A DNA stretch of 64,000 nucleotides from Candidatus Marinacidobacterales bacterium. GTDB taxonomy: Bacteria > Acidobacteriota > Vicinamibacteria > Marinacidobacterales > SMYC01. Of the stretch, positions 46,367-55,907 are shown piece after piece. Each line of letters starts with the position of its first letter. Position 1 is the stretch's first letter. Made by a program: the position numbers and the translations under genes. Under the pieces are notes generated by a model. That model did no database searches. It was given only the letters and a program-made list of their open reading frames with translations, and was not told where the DNA came from. The stretch is from NCBI GenBank assembly GCA_965224085.1, contig CBDCYI010000005.1, positions 1,728,001-1,792,000 on the forward strand, given 5' to 3'.

Positions 46367-47722
46367 ATGCGGGGCCTATCCCGCATCGAAGAGCCTTTTG
46401 TCCTCAACGGGATGCTGTCGCTGCTCGTGGCGACGGTCTGGCTATTCTGGCGTCATGACCTTCTGCTGCAATATTTCTACTTCGACCAGCTACTCGCGCT
46501 GACTCATCTAGTAACTCTCGGCTTTCTTTCGTCGCTCATGATGGGGGTGCTCCATCGGTTCGCGCCGACTTTTCTTCACGTGGAGCCGGCGTCGCTCCGC
46601 GTTGCGCGCTTGCAGCTCGTCTTCTACTCCATCGGCAGCTGGGGAATGATCACGCATTTCTGGATGGGCGAATCGAAGGGCGCGAGCTGGTCGACTTTTC
46701 TCGTCTTCTTCGCGAGCGTTCTCCAGATCTGGAACTTCCGTGCGCTTTTCCGCCTATCAGGAAAGTCCAGAAACTCGAGAACGTCCGGAACAAAGATCTG
46801 GGTTGGGCGCTTCGTGGCGTCTGCGCTCGTCTTCTTCCTGCTCGCGGCGAGCATGGGCATTCTGCTTGGCCTACTCAAAGCCTATGACGTGAGGACGCCC
46901 GGGCTCTCGACGCAATTCATAAATAATGTCTTCGCCCACGCGCACCTCGCAGCGATCGGCTGGGTGCTTGCGATGATCCTAGGCATCGAGCTCCAGCTCG
47001 TCCCGTCCACCGTCGGCGACCCGCGGAGCTTACCGATACGCTTCACGCTCTTTTGGGTGGGCGCGCTCGGCGTGGCCTTTGCTTTTCTCACCGGGCGAAG
47101 TGTTTTGCCCTTTGCCGTGATGCTCGCGATCGTCTGCGGCTGGCACATATGCGGCCCACTACGTCTTTTTTGGACGGGCAAGTCCCGTGAGTGGGAGCTT
47201 CTGCCGTTGACGCTTCTCATGACCGCCGCCGGCTTGGGGGTAGCACTCGCTTCCGGCTGGCCGTCGCCGACCGATCCGCTCCGCGGCCGTGTCCAGCTCG
47301 CTTACGGCTTTCTCGGCATCATTGGCTTCATGGTGCTATCCGTCGTTACCGTTGCCTTCAAGCTCTTCCCCATGTGGGTTTGGAAAGAACGCTTCCAGAA
47401 AGAGTTCGGAAAACGGCCGGTCCCCGGGATGAAAGAGCTTCATAGTGAGCGCCTTCGCATCGCCGCCAACATTGCGGTGTTCACCGGAGCTCTGACCACC
47501 GCCATCGGCATCTACCAGGCCAACGAGAACCTGCTCGTCCTATCGACGTCGCTCATTCTGGCAGGCGTTGCCTGCTTCCTGGCCAACTTCGCAAGAGTCG
47601 CCCGCTGGGATCTCCTAAGAAAGGACTACGAACCCACCGAAGCCGATTGGACCAAATTCAAGAAGATGTTCCCGAAGGCAAGCTCTTCAAAAAGTCCGCA
47701 CGGAGACTTGCGTTCTCGCTGA
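46367..47722 (+). CDS. Polytopic membrane protein with His motifs (heme-copper-oxidase-subunit-I/NnrS-like)
   Basis: ALTHLVTLGF, AHAHLAAIGW; about 12 TMs. Confidence 0.65.
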   Translation: MRGLSRIEEPFVLNGMLSLLVATVWLFWRHDLLLQYFYFDQLLALTHLVTLGFLSSLMMGVLHRFAPTFLHVEPASLRVARLQLVFYSIGSWGMITHFWMGESKGASWSTFLVFFASVLQIWNFRALFRLSGKSRNSRTSGTKIWVGRFVASALVFFLLAASMGILLGLLKAYDVRTPGLSTQFINNVFAHAHLAAIGWVLAMILGIELQLVPSTVGDPRSLPIRFTLFWVGALGVAFAFLTGRSVLPFAVMLAIVCGWHICGPLRLFWTGKSREWELLPLTLLMTAAGLGVALASGWPSPTDPLRGRVQLAYGFLGIIGFMVLSVVTVAFKLFPMWVWKERFQKEFGKRPVPGMKELHSERLRIAANIAVFTGALTTAIGIYQANENLLVLSTSLILAGVACFLANFARVARWDLLRKDYEPTEADWTKFKKMFPKASSSKSPHGDLRSR

Positions 47723-48260
47723 ATTTGCCGGTGAAGTGCTGGCTCACGGCACGAGCACCGATGCGCGTAACGCCTCTCGCCGTCATGCAGGTTTGATCGG
47801 TGTCGAGCATGACCGCGGTGCCGGCCGCGTCGAGATGTTCCATGAGAGCCTCCGCGATCTGCCGGGTGACGGTCTCCTGGATTTCCAGCCGATGGGCGAA
47901 ACAATCCACGAGCCGGGCGAGGCTCGAAAGCGACGCGAGCTTCGGTCCGGGAATATAAGCGACATGCGCGCGCCCGTGGAAGGGAAGCAAATGATGCGGG
48001 CACATCCCGTGAAACGGGACGTCCTTCACGAGCACGGTCTCGGTGGCGCCGGCAACGCCTTTGGACGCGTAGGCCGTCTTCATAATCTCGGCAGGATCGG
48101 CGTTGTAACCGTCGATGAAGGATTCGCTCCACGCCCTAGCGACGTTCTCCGGCGTCCTTTCGAGCGCGGTGCCTTCCACGTCGAGGCCGCAAGCGTCCAG
48201 GAAAGAGCGGATCGCTTGGCGCATCGCCGAGAGGCGATCAGTTGGATCCGTTTTCGCCAA
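47658..48260 (-). CDS. folE: GTP cyclohydrolase I
   Basis: TPENVA, CPHHLLPFHG, LEIQE, CMTARG. Confidence 0.88.
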   Translation of the reverse strand: MAKTDPTDRLSAMRQAIRSFLDACGLDVEGTALERTPENVARAWSESFIDGYNADPAEIMKTAYASKGVAGATETVLVKDVPFHGMCPHHLLPFHGRAHVAYIPGPKLASLSSLARLVDCFAHRLEIQETVTRQIAEALMEHLDAAGTAVMLDTDQTCMTARGVTRIGARAVSQHFTGKFSENASLRADFLKSLPSGTSS

Positions 48261-48609
48261 GGGGCTCTCCGTGATAGATCACGGCGCTGTCATTCGTCTC
48301 GTAGAGCTGCATTTCCTTGAGACCTGGAAGTCGGGGCGCCAGTCGATCCCACATCCACATGACGACGTTCTCCGCGGTGGGGTTATCGAGGACCTGGTTG
48401 AGATCGTTGTGGTCGATGTTGCGAAGCACGTGCTCTTGGACGAGCTCTTTCACTTTGCCGAAGTCGATAGAGAGCCCGGTTTTGGGATCGACGGGCCCTT
48501 CGGCGAAAACGAGGAGCTTGTAGTTATGCCCATGCGTGTGGAAGCACGGGCCCCCGTAATAGGGAAGTCGATGTGCGGCGGTGAACTGAAACTCGACGCG
48601 AAGGATCAC
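48238..48609 (-). CDS. queD: 6-carboxytetrahydropterin synthase
   Basis: AAHRLP, CFHTHGHNY, DH..LN, NPTAEN, YET. Confidence 0.92.
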   Translation of the reverse strand: MILRVEFQFTAAHRLPYYGGPCFHTHGHNYKLLVFAEGPVDPKTGLSIDFGKVKELVQEHVLRNIDHNDLNQVLDNPTAENVVMWMWDRLAPRLPGLKEMQLYETNDSAVIYHGEPLGENGSN

Positions 48610-48623
48610 GTTCGCGCGACGTC

Positions 48624-49250
48624 TCAGACGCCGATGACTTGGGCCGTGACGCTGCGCTCACGTGGCCCGTCGAGCTCCGCGAAGAGGATGCTCTGCCATT
48701 GACCGAGATGAATTTTTCCTTCTTGGATCGGGAGCGTGACGTTGTTCCCGAGTACGAGCGCCCTTATGTGGGCTTCCGCGTTCTTGCGCTCACAATCCGA
48801 GCAATCCTCGCAATTGTGGAGGTAGCCATGGTCGCGGTTCGCGATCCGCTCGAGGAAATGCTTGACGTCGGCCATGAGCGCGGCCTGGAACTCGTTGATG
48901 AAGACGGCTGTCGTCGTGTGGAGCGTCGAGATGATGAGGAAGCCCGCTTTGACGCCTGAAGACTTCACGAGGTCTTTGATGCGGTCGGTGACGTTGAAGA
49001 GTTCAACTGGGGAGTTGGTGGCGACCTTCAGCGTGCGAGATAGCATTTTCAGCGAGCCGTTGAGCTCCTGTACGGAGTCGTCCGTCGACCGGAACGCGTC
49101 AACCTCGAGGGCGTAGCTCACGCTGCCTGAACCATTGGCTCCGTTCGATCCGTTGGAACGATTGGATGTTGGGGCGGATGTCGGGGCGTTCATAGTGTGC
49201 TCATCGCTGATGTCGGTGCCCGGCCCGTTTTCGACGTAAAATTCATTCAT
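48624..49250 (-). CDS. YjbQ/UPF0047 family protein with N-terminal extension
   Basis: HTTTAVFINE, NAEAHI, LGQWQ..ELDGPR. Confidence 0.9.
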   Translation of the reverse strand: MNEFYVENGPGTDISDEHTMNAPTSAPTSNRSNGSNGANGSGSVSYALEVDAFRSTDDSVQELNGSLKMLSRTLKVATNSPVELFNVTDRIKDLVKSSGVKAGFLIISTLHTTTAVFINEFQAALMADVKHFLERIANRDHGYLHNCEDCSDCERKNAEAHIRALVLGNNVTLPIQEGKIHLGQWQSILFAELDGPRERSVTAQVIGV

Positions 49251-49272
49251 TAGTCATTCCACTCACTAGTTA

Positions 49273-49590
49273 CTATTCGGGAAACGGGAGAGTTTCGCAA
49301 GCGAGATCTCGCGCGAGCGTGAAACCTTCAGTTCCATAGTCGAGGGTGCTGTCCTGGGCGATCTCGAGCGTTTTCAAGTCGGTAACGACATCGACGCCCT
49401 CCAGGGACAAAGAAACGTCCTGGTCGCGAGGTCTGTCGAAGGCCAATCCCACGTCGAGCACTCCCTTGGCACTTCGCTCCGCGAAAACCCGGACCGTGCT
49501 ACTGTCGTGATCGCTGGATTTCAGGAGCTGTCGAATCTTGGCTTGGGCGCGGTCGGAGAGCCGCAGGCAGTCGTGGCTCATTGGAGTCAT
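49273..49590 (-). CDS. HesB/IscA-like protein lacking the conserved cysteines
   Basis: LRLSDRAQAKI, DQDV..EGVDVVTD, TLDY..GF pattern. Confidence 0.55.
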   Translation of the reverse strand: MTPMSHDCLRLSDRAQAKIRQLLKSSDHDSSTVRVFAERSAKGVLDVGLAFDRPRDQDVSLSLEGVDVVTDLKTLEIAQDSTLDYGTEGFTLARDLACETLPFPE

Positions 49591-49760
49591 GAGTTGGGGG
49601 TTTCGGTACCTGTTTCGCTCGAGATCGAGGCTACCAAAACGATTACTCTAATACAGCAGCGTCCCCGGCGCAAGGCCGTCCGCGCCATCTTCGTGACAGA
49701 AAGGAAGATACGGTGCCACCTCTTGTCTTGACGAATCCGCCCGTGTTAGCGTCGGCTCCC

Positions 49761-51203
49761 ATGCTGAGCGCGTCCTTCCTCGAGAGACTTACGGGCTGCC
49801 TCCGCTCAGAGTCCGTTCTCGTCAAACCGCACCACGTGCTCGTTTACGAGTGCGACGGCAGCACTGCCTTCAGGTCGACGCCCGATGCCGTCGTGCTTCC
49901 GCGCACGACTGAGGAGGTCGCCGGCGTCGTCCGGCTCTGCTCTGAGGAGAAGGTTCCCTTCGTGGCTCGCGGCGCGGGGACGGGCCTGTCGGGCGGCGCG
50001 ACCCCGAGCGAAGGCGGTGTCGTCCTATCGCTTGCAGGGATGAACCAGTTCCTCGAGATCGACCTCGACAACCGGGTCGCTCTTTGTCAGACGGGGATCG
50101 TCAATCTCGAAGTTTCTCGGGCCGTGGCCTCGCACGGGCTGTATTTCGCACCGGATCCCTCGAGCCAGTCTGCGTGTACGCTTGGCGGGAACATCGCCGA
50201 GAACTCCGGTGGACCTCATTGCTTCAAATACGGCGCGACGACCGCGCACATTCTCGGGCTGACGATCGTGATGCCCGATGGTGAGATTACGAATCTCGGC
50301 GGACCGCGGGATACGGTCGGCTACGACCTGGTGGGTCTGTTCGTGGGCTCCGAAGGAACCTTCGGGATTGTGACCGAGGCGCTCGTCCGCTTGATGCCGG
50401 TGCCCGAGACCTTGAAGACCTTCCTCGCCCCCTTTCGCAGTATGGAGTTCGCTTGCGAGGCGGTGTCGGACATCGTCGCCCTCGGGATTACCCCCGCGGC
50501 GCTCGAGATGCTCGACCGTCCGACCATCGAAGTCGTGGAGGCGAGTGTTGTTGCGGCCGGCTATCCCACGGATGCGGAAGCGGTCCTCCTCGTCGAGCTC
50601 GACGGCGCCGCGCACGGGATGGAGCGCATGGAGCGCGAGATTCGAGACATTTGCATGGGCCGGGGCGCGGTGTCTTTCACGGTGGCGCGCGACGAAGACG
50701 AACGCGCGCGTCTTTGGCGCGGGCGCAAAGCCGCTTTCGGCGCGATGGGTCGTTTGTCGACGGACCTCTACGTTCAGGACGGGGTCGTCCCGCGCTCGCG
50801 GCTACCGGAGGTGCTCGTCAAAGTCGGGGAGATTGCGAAGCGCCACCGCATTCGTGTGGCGAACGTGTTCCATGCGGGCGACGGGAACCTCCATCCATGC
50901 ATCCCCTATGACGGCCGCGACGCCGATGAGCGCGAGCGCGTGCTCGAAGCGGGGCGCGAGATTCTCGAGCTCTGTGTCGCGGTCGGGGGATCCATCAGCG
51001 GCGAGCACGGTATCGGGACGGAAAAGTCGAGCTACATGGGGCTCTTGTTCTCGGAGCACGACCTCGACCTCATGAGCGCCTTACGCGACGTTTGGAATCC
51101 CGAAGGCCTCTGCAATCCTGGAAAGCTTTTTCCGACCTCCCATGGATGTGGCGAGGCGGCGAGCCTTCCGAGCGTCGCTGCCACGCCCGGGGCATGGATT
51201 TGA
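49761..51203 (+). CDS. glcD: Glycolate oxidase FAD subunit
   Basis: RGAGTGLSGG, APDPSS, GSEGTFG, HAGDGNLHP, GEHGIG. Confidence 0.92.
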   Translation: MLSASFLERLTGCLRSESVLVKPHHVLVYECDGSTAFRSTPDAVVLPRTTEEVAGVVRLCSEEKVPFVARGAGTGLSGGATPSEGGVVLSLAGMNQFLEIDLDNRVALCQTGIVNLEVSRAVASHGLYFAPDPSSQSACTLGGNIAENSGGPHCFKYGATTAHILGLTIVMPDGEITNLGGPRDTVGYDLVGLFVGSEGTFGIVTEALVRLMPVPETLKTFLAPFRSMEFACEAVSDIVALGITPAALEMLDRPTIEVVEASVVAAGYPTDAEAVLLVELDGAAHGMERMEREIRDICMGRGAVSFTVARDEDERARLWRGRKAAFGAMGRLSTDLYVQDGVVPRSRLPEVLVKVGEIAKRHRIRVANVFHAGDGNLHPCIPYDGRDADERERVLEAGREILELCVAVGGSISGEHGIGTEKSSYMGLLFSEHDLDLMSALRDVWNPEGLCNPGKLFPTSHGCGEAASLPSVAATPGAWI

Positions 51204-52414
51204 ACAAGCTTCCCGAAACGCTCGGCGCGCGTGCGCCGAACGGGAGCGACCCGCGGATCGACGGTCTCGTCCCTTCCCTCGTGCTCGAGCCCGAGGATGC
51301 CGCTGCGACGGCCGAAGCCTTAGCACTTTGCCATCAAGAGTCGATGGCAGCGATCCCGATAGGAGGCGGAACGCGTCTCGAGCTCGGCAACGTTCCCACC
51401 AGGCTGGACGCGTACCTCAAGACATCGGCTCTGACGGGGATCGAGGATCACATTCCAGGAGATCTAACCGCCGTTGCGCGCGCCGGCACAACGCTCGGCG
51501 AGACCCAGAAACAGCTGCGCGAGGCGCAACAGTACCTCCCACTCGACGTGCCGCATCCCGACGACGCCACCATCGGCGGCATCTTCGCGCTCGGCGAGCC
51601 AGGGCTTCGCCGGAGGCCAGGCGCCCGCCCGCGCGATCTCCTGCTCGGCTTCGAGGGCGTTCTCGCCAATGGCACGCCTTTCAAGGCGGGCGGCCGGGTC
51701 GTCAAGAATGTTGCTGGCTACGAGCTGACGAAGCTCTTCGTCGGCTCCGCCGGCACGCTCGCCGTCATGACGCGGGCATTTCTCCGGCTCCGGGCGTTGC
51801 CGGAGGAAGTCACAACCGTGACGATTCGAGCCCGCCGCCCGCGCGGCATCGCCGCTGCATGGCGCGAGCTTCGAAGCTTGCCGCTCCCGCCAGAAATTGC
51901 CGTGGCCTTGAACCCGACCTATGCCGAGAGCCACGGTTTGCACGAGTGGAATCTTCTTCTTCGCTTCGAGGGGCTTCACGAAGAGATGCGCGGCGTGCAG
52001 AAAGACGTTCGAGAACGATTCCACGCCGAAGTCTTGCCGGACGACAAGAATCCTTGGAACGCGATACGTGATTTCCCGAAAAGCGACGCCGCACTCGTGC
52101 TGCGTGGCCAAGCGGCACCCGCACGGACGATCCCGCTCGCAGAAAGCTGGCAAGATGGAGGTGCGCTCATTGCTTATCCGGATTCGGGAATCGTCTACAG
52201 CCACACGGCGGACCCAGAGGCGCTTTCCGACCGGCGCGAACGAGCGGAGGAGAATGGTGCCGCGGTCGTGATCGAAAAAGCGCCGTTAGAGATGAAACAA
52301 GAGCTCGATGTCTACGGAGAAACGCCAGGAGGCTATGAGCTCATGAGACGTATCAAGGAGAAGCTGGACCCGAAGGGTATTCTTTCTCCTGGGCGCTTCG
52401 TTGGCAGAATCTAA
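51194..52414 (+). CDS. glcE: Glycolate oxidase FAD-binding subunit
   Basis: GGRVVKNVAGYELTKLFVGSAGTL, LDPKGILSPGR. Confidence 0.9.
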   Translation: MDLNKLPETLGARAPNGSDPRIDGLVPSLVLEPEDAAATAEALALCHQESMAAIPIGGGTRLELGNVPTRLDAYLKTSALTGIEDHIPGDLTAVARAGTTLGETQKQLREAQQYLPLDVPHPDDATIGGIFALGEPGLRRRPGARPRDLLLGFEGVLANGTPFKAGGRVVKNVAGYELTKLFVGSAGTLAVMTRAFLRLRALPEEVTTVTIRARRPRGIAAAWRELRSLPLPPEIAVALNPTYAESHGLHEWNLLLRFEGLHEEMRGVQKDVRERFHAEVLPDDKNPWNAIRDFPKSDAALVLRGQAAPARTIPLAESWQDGGALIAYPDSGIVYSHTADPEALSDRRERAEENGAAVVIEKAPLEMKQELDVYGETPGGYELMRRIKEKLDPKGILSPGRFVGRI

Positions 52415-53664
52415 TGATTGAAACCTCTCTCTACAACAAGACGCTCTCCTGCGTCCATTGCGGCTTGTGTTTGCCGGCGTGTCCGGCATACGAAGCCCAG
52501 CCGCGCGAGTCGCTCGCGCCACGGGGACAGGTCTATAACGTCCGCGCGCTGCTCGAAGGCCGCCTGGCTTTGACGGAGGATCTCGCGGCGGAGGTCTACG
52601 GGTGCCTCGCCTGCCGCGGGTGCGAGACCGTCTGTCCCGCCGGCGTTCCTGTCGGCGCGATCATGGAGGAGGCGCGTGGGCTGATTACCGAACAGGCGAA
52701 AGAAAGCCCGTGGCTCCGTTGGTCCAAACGGATTTTGCTCGGCGGCGTGCTGGCCCATCCGTGGCGCCTTTCGTTGTTTATGACTCTCGCCCGACTCGGC
52801 GAAGCGCTTGGGGCGAGGCGGCTCGTCGCGATGTTGTCGCCGGCACTGGCGGAGCGGCAAGCTCTGCTCCCCGCGATTCCGAAACGTACCGTTTTGCCGG
52901 AGCGCCTAATGCTGTCGGGCGAGCCGCGCGGGCGGGTGGCACTGTTTTCTGGCTGCATCGCTGCTCATCTGTTCGGTGACGTCAACGAAGCGACGGCGCG
53001 CGTGCTTCAGCGAAACGGCTACGAGGTCGTCGTGCCCAAGGCGCAGACGTGTTGCGGCGCGCTACATCTTCATAACGGCCTTCCGAATACCGGCCGCGAG
53101 CTTGCGCGGAAGAACATCGAAGCCTTCGGCGACCTTGAGGCGATTGTCGTGAACGCCGCAGGGTGCGGTGCCGCGCTCACGGAATATGGCGAGCTTCTCG
53201 AGGGCGACGCGCGCGCGAAAGATTTTGCCGCGCGCGTGGTCGACGTTTCGGCTTTCCTCGTCCGCGAAGGATTCGAAGCGCCGAAGCCGTCGCCATCGAC
53301 GCGCGCAAAGCGAGTCGCCTATGACGCACCGTGCCATCTCTTCCATGCGCAAGGTGTGAAGAGCGAGCCGAGAGAGCTTTTGTCGCAAGTACCTGGCGTC
53401 GAGCTCGTGGACTACCCAGATTCGGAGCGTTGCTGCGGGAGCGCGGGCATCTACAACGTCACGCATTACGACATGTCGATGGATGTGCTTGAGAGCAAGA
53501 TGAAGGACATCATTCCCGCGCGACCGGACGTCATCGCTACGGGGAATCCGGGATGTCACATGCAGCTTTCGGAAGGCGTGCGTCGGGCCGCGCTGCGTAC
53601 GGAGGTCGTGCACCCGGTAGTTCTCTTGGATCGTGCCTACGCGGAAGAGGAGCCAACCTACTAG
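52414..53664 (+). CDS. glcF: Glycolate oxidase Fe-S subunit
   Basis: CVHCGLCLPACP, CLACRGCETVCP, two CCG domains. Confidence 0.92.
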   Translation: MIETSLYNKTLSCVHCGLCLPACPAYEAQPRESLAPRGQVYNVRALLEGRLALTEDLAAEVYGCLACRGCETVCPAGVPVGAIMEEARGLITEQAKESPWLRWSKRILLGGVLAHPWRLSLFMTLARLGEALGARRLVAMLSPALAERQALLPAIPKRTVLPERLMLSGEPRGRVALFSGCIAAHLFGDVNEATARVLQRNGYEVVVPKAQTCCGALHLHNGLPNTGRELARKNIEAFGDLEAIVVNAAGCGAALTEYGELLEGDARAKDFAARVVDVSAFLVREGFEAPKPSPSTRAKRVAYDAPCHLFHAQGVKSEPRELLSQVPGVELVDYPDSERCCGSAGIYNVTHYDMSMDVLESKMKDIIPARPDVIATGNPGCHMQLSEGVRRAALRTEVVHPVVLLDRAYAEEEPTY

Positions 53665-53835
53665 AGCTCGTCGAAGGGCCAACGCTCGCCGAAAAGATCG
53701 CGCAGGGACCGGTCACCGGATGGACGCGAGTTGTTCTTCCAGCCCGCAACACCAGCTCCCGACCGTTGCGGTTCATACGGACCCCCCCTTCGCGGTAGGA
53801 AAGTCCGAGGTCTTGTTCGAGACAACGTATTACAG
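53661..53835 (+). pseudogene. Remnant of a Ser/Thr kinase-TolB-propeller gene
   Basis: LELVEGPTLAEKIAQGP, then SPDGRELFF, then TDPPFAVGKSEVLFE in different frames. Confidence 0.65.
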
Positions 53836-53907
53836 GTGCTCAAAAACGGACGCGGTTGGGACGAGAACGCTGCCTCGATCAGGGTTCGCTGATGGTACAC
53901 TATACAC

Positions 53908-54147
53908 ATGAAACGTACGAATCTTGTGCTTGATGAGGAGTTGTTAGAGGAGGCCACTCGGCTGAGCGGTGAGAGAACTTACTCTGCTGCTGTGAATCAG
54001 GCGCTTCGAGACTATGTTCGGCGGGCGAAGGCGAACCGCATCCTGGAGCTTGCTGGAACCGGCTTGTGGGAAGGTGATCTTTCGGAAATGAGGCGTGACA
54101 GGGGCTCGGCTTCGAAGTCACGAAGACCGCGTCGTGGTACTCGTTGA
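53908..54147 (+). CDS. vapB: VapB-family antitoxin
   Basis: MKRTNLVLDEELLEEA..AVNQAL..WEGDLSEMR. Confidence 0.9.
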   Translation: MKRTNLVLDEELLEEATRLSGERTYSAAVNQALRDYVRRAKANRILELAGTGLWEGDLSEMRRDRGSASKSRRPRRGTR

Positions 54148-54523
54148 CACGTCGATCTGGATCGAAGTCTTCAAGAAACCGCCCGGGCTGGATCTGACAG
54201 CGTTGGTCGACATCGACGAAGTGGCGGTCTGCCTCCCGGTGATTCAGGAAGTGCTTCAGGGGTTCCGTGAAGAACGCGCGTTCGACGTAGCGCGCGAAGC
54301 CATGCTCTCTTTTCTCATCGTGGAATCTCCGTTGGTCGAGACCGTTTTTCTCGAGGGCGCTTCACTGTACCGGAGCGCGCGACGCCACGGCAAGACGATT
54401 CGCTCCGGCGTGGACTGCCTCATCGCTGCCTGCGCGATTCGAAACGGCCTCGAAATCCTGCATCGCGATCGAGACTTCATCGCGCTCGCCGAAGTCTCCG
54501 CTCTGAAGGAGCGTTCACTGTGA
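54134..54523 (+). CDS. vapC: VapC PIN-domain toxin
   Basis: VDTSIWI, QEVLQG, DCLIAA, HRDRDF. Confidence 0.92.
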   Translation: MVLVDTSIWIEVFKKPPGLDLTALVDIDEVAVCLPVIQEVLQGFREERAFDVAREAMLSFLIVESPLVETVFLEGASLYRSARRHGKTIRSGVDCLIAACAIRNGLEILHRDRDFIALAEVSALKERSL

Positions 54524-54797
54524 GCGAGTGGTACGACTTCTTGTCCTCGCTGCTGTTCGAAGGAGAACTTTCGCGGACACGGTCGGCGGAACACCGGTGC
54601 TGGTCCATCTTCTCTTTGCCGTAGTCCATCTCTGCCTATAGAGGTTATGGGCTTGCAGAGAGTCTGATATTAGTGGCGCTTCGATCGCCGCCGAGCCCGT
54701 AGGGGTCGGCGTGATGAAACGGCAGCCCACGACGCTTACTCCTCACCGTGAAGCGCCGCGGATCGATGGTTTCGGCAGCTCTCGCCATACGTTCCTC

Positions 54798-55766
54798 CTA
54801 CGGCTTCAGAATCAGCTTCCCGCTCGTCTTTCTCCCCTCGAGCAAGCGATGCGCCTCCGCCGCTTCCGCGAGCGGGAGCTCGCGATCGATGGCGACGTCG
54901 AGCTCGGCCCGCTCGACCCAACGCAGGACGTCACCGGCGCGCTGGAGAAGCTCTTCACGGTCGAGCATGTAGTGCGCGAGCGTCGGCCTCGTGATGAAAA
55001 GCGACCCTCCCGCGCCGAGCTTGGTGAGATCGAAAGGCGGGACCGGGCCGCTAGACTGGCCGTAGAGCGCGAGCACTCCACGCGGGCGCAAACAGCGCAA
55101 ACTCTTCTCGAAAGTCGTTTGCCCGACCGAGTCGTAGACCGCGTGCAGACCTTCTCCATCGGTCGCGTCGCGAACAGCCTCCTCGAAATCCTCGTCCGTA
55201 TACCGAATAACGACGTCGACCCCGGCACCCTTGGCCGCTTCCGCCTTGGCTTCCGTTGACACCGTGCCGAAAACCCTAGCGCCGCGCCGTTTCGCCATCT
55301 GCGCAAGCAGTAGCCCGACCCCTCCCGCGGCCGCATGCACGAGCACACTGTGGCCGGCCTCGATAGGAAACGTGGTGTGCGAGAGATAGTGGGCGGTCAT
55401 CCCTTGAAGCGTGATCGCGGCGCCAAGCGAGCTCGAAACGCTGTCCGGGACTGGCACGAGCTTCCACGCCGGTACGACCGCCATCTCGGCATAGGCCCCG
55501 GGCGTCATGGCATATGCGACGCGGTCGCCCGACCGCACTTCGCGGACACCCGAGCCCACGGATTCGACGAACCCCGCGGCCTCTCGCCCGAGGGTAAACG
55601 GAGTCTTCTGCGGATAGAGCCCCGTCCGAGTATAGATATCGATGAAGTTGACCCCAATCGCCTCAACCCGCACGAGCGCTTCGCCCGCCCGCGGCTCCAC
55701 CAGAGCGATATCCTCGTACTGAAGCGCCTCCGCGCCCCCCGTCTGATGCACCCGAATAGCTTTCAT
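54798..55766 (-). CDS. qor: NADPH:quinone oxidoreductase (zeta-crystallin family)
   Basis: GVNFID, HAAAGGVG, YDSVG, YGQSSG. Confidence 0.92.
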   Translation of the reverse strand: MKAIRVHQTGGAEALQYEDIALVEPRAGEALVRVEAIGVNFIDIYTRTGLYPQKTPFTLGREAAGFVESVGSGVREVRSGDRVAYAMTPGAYAEMAVVPAWKLVPVPDSVSSSLGAAITLQGMTAHYLSHTTFPIEAGHSVLVHAAAGGVGLLLAQMAKRRGARVFGTVSTEAKAEAAKGAGVDVVIRYTDEDFEEAVRDATDGEGLHAVYDSVGQTTFEKSLRCLRPRGVLALYGQSSGPVPPFDLTKLGAGGSLFITRPTLAHYMLDREELLQRAGDVLRWVERAELDVAIDRELPLAEAAEAHRLLEGRKTSGKLILKP

Positions 55767-55907
55767 AGCGCACGAGTATATCAATGACCCCCAGCAGGAG
55801 GCCGAAAGCAGGCGGCCGCTCCCCCCGCACAAGTTGCTGCATCCGGGCCAGTTTGCTAGCATGACCTGTTTGGGCTGGCCGAGAGGTATGCAAACGAAAG
55901 ATCCAGC

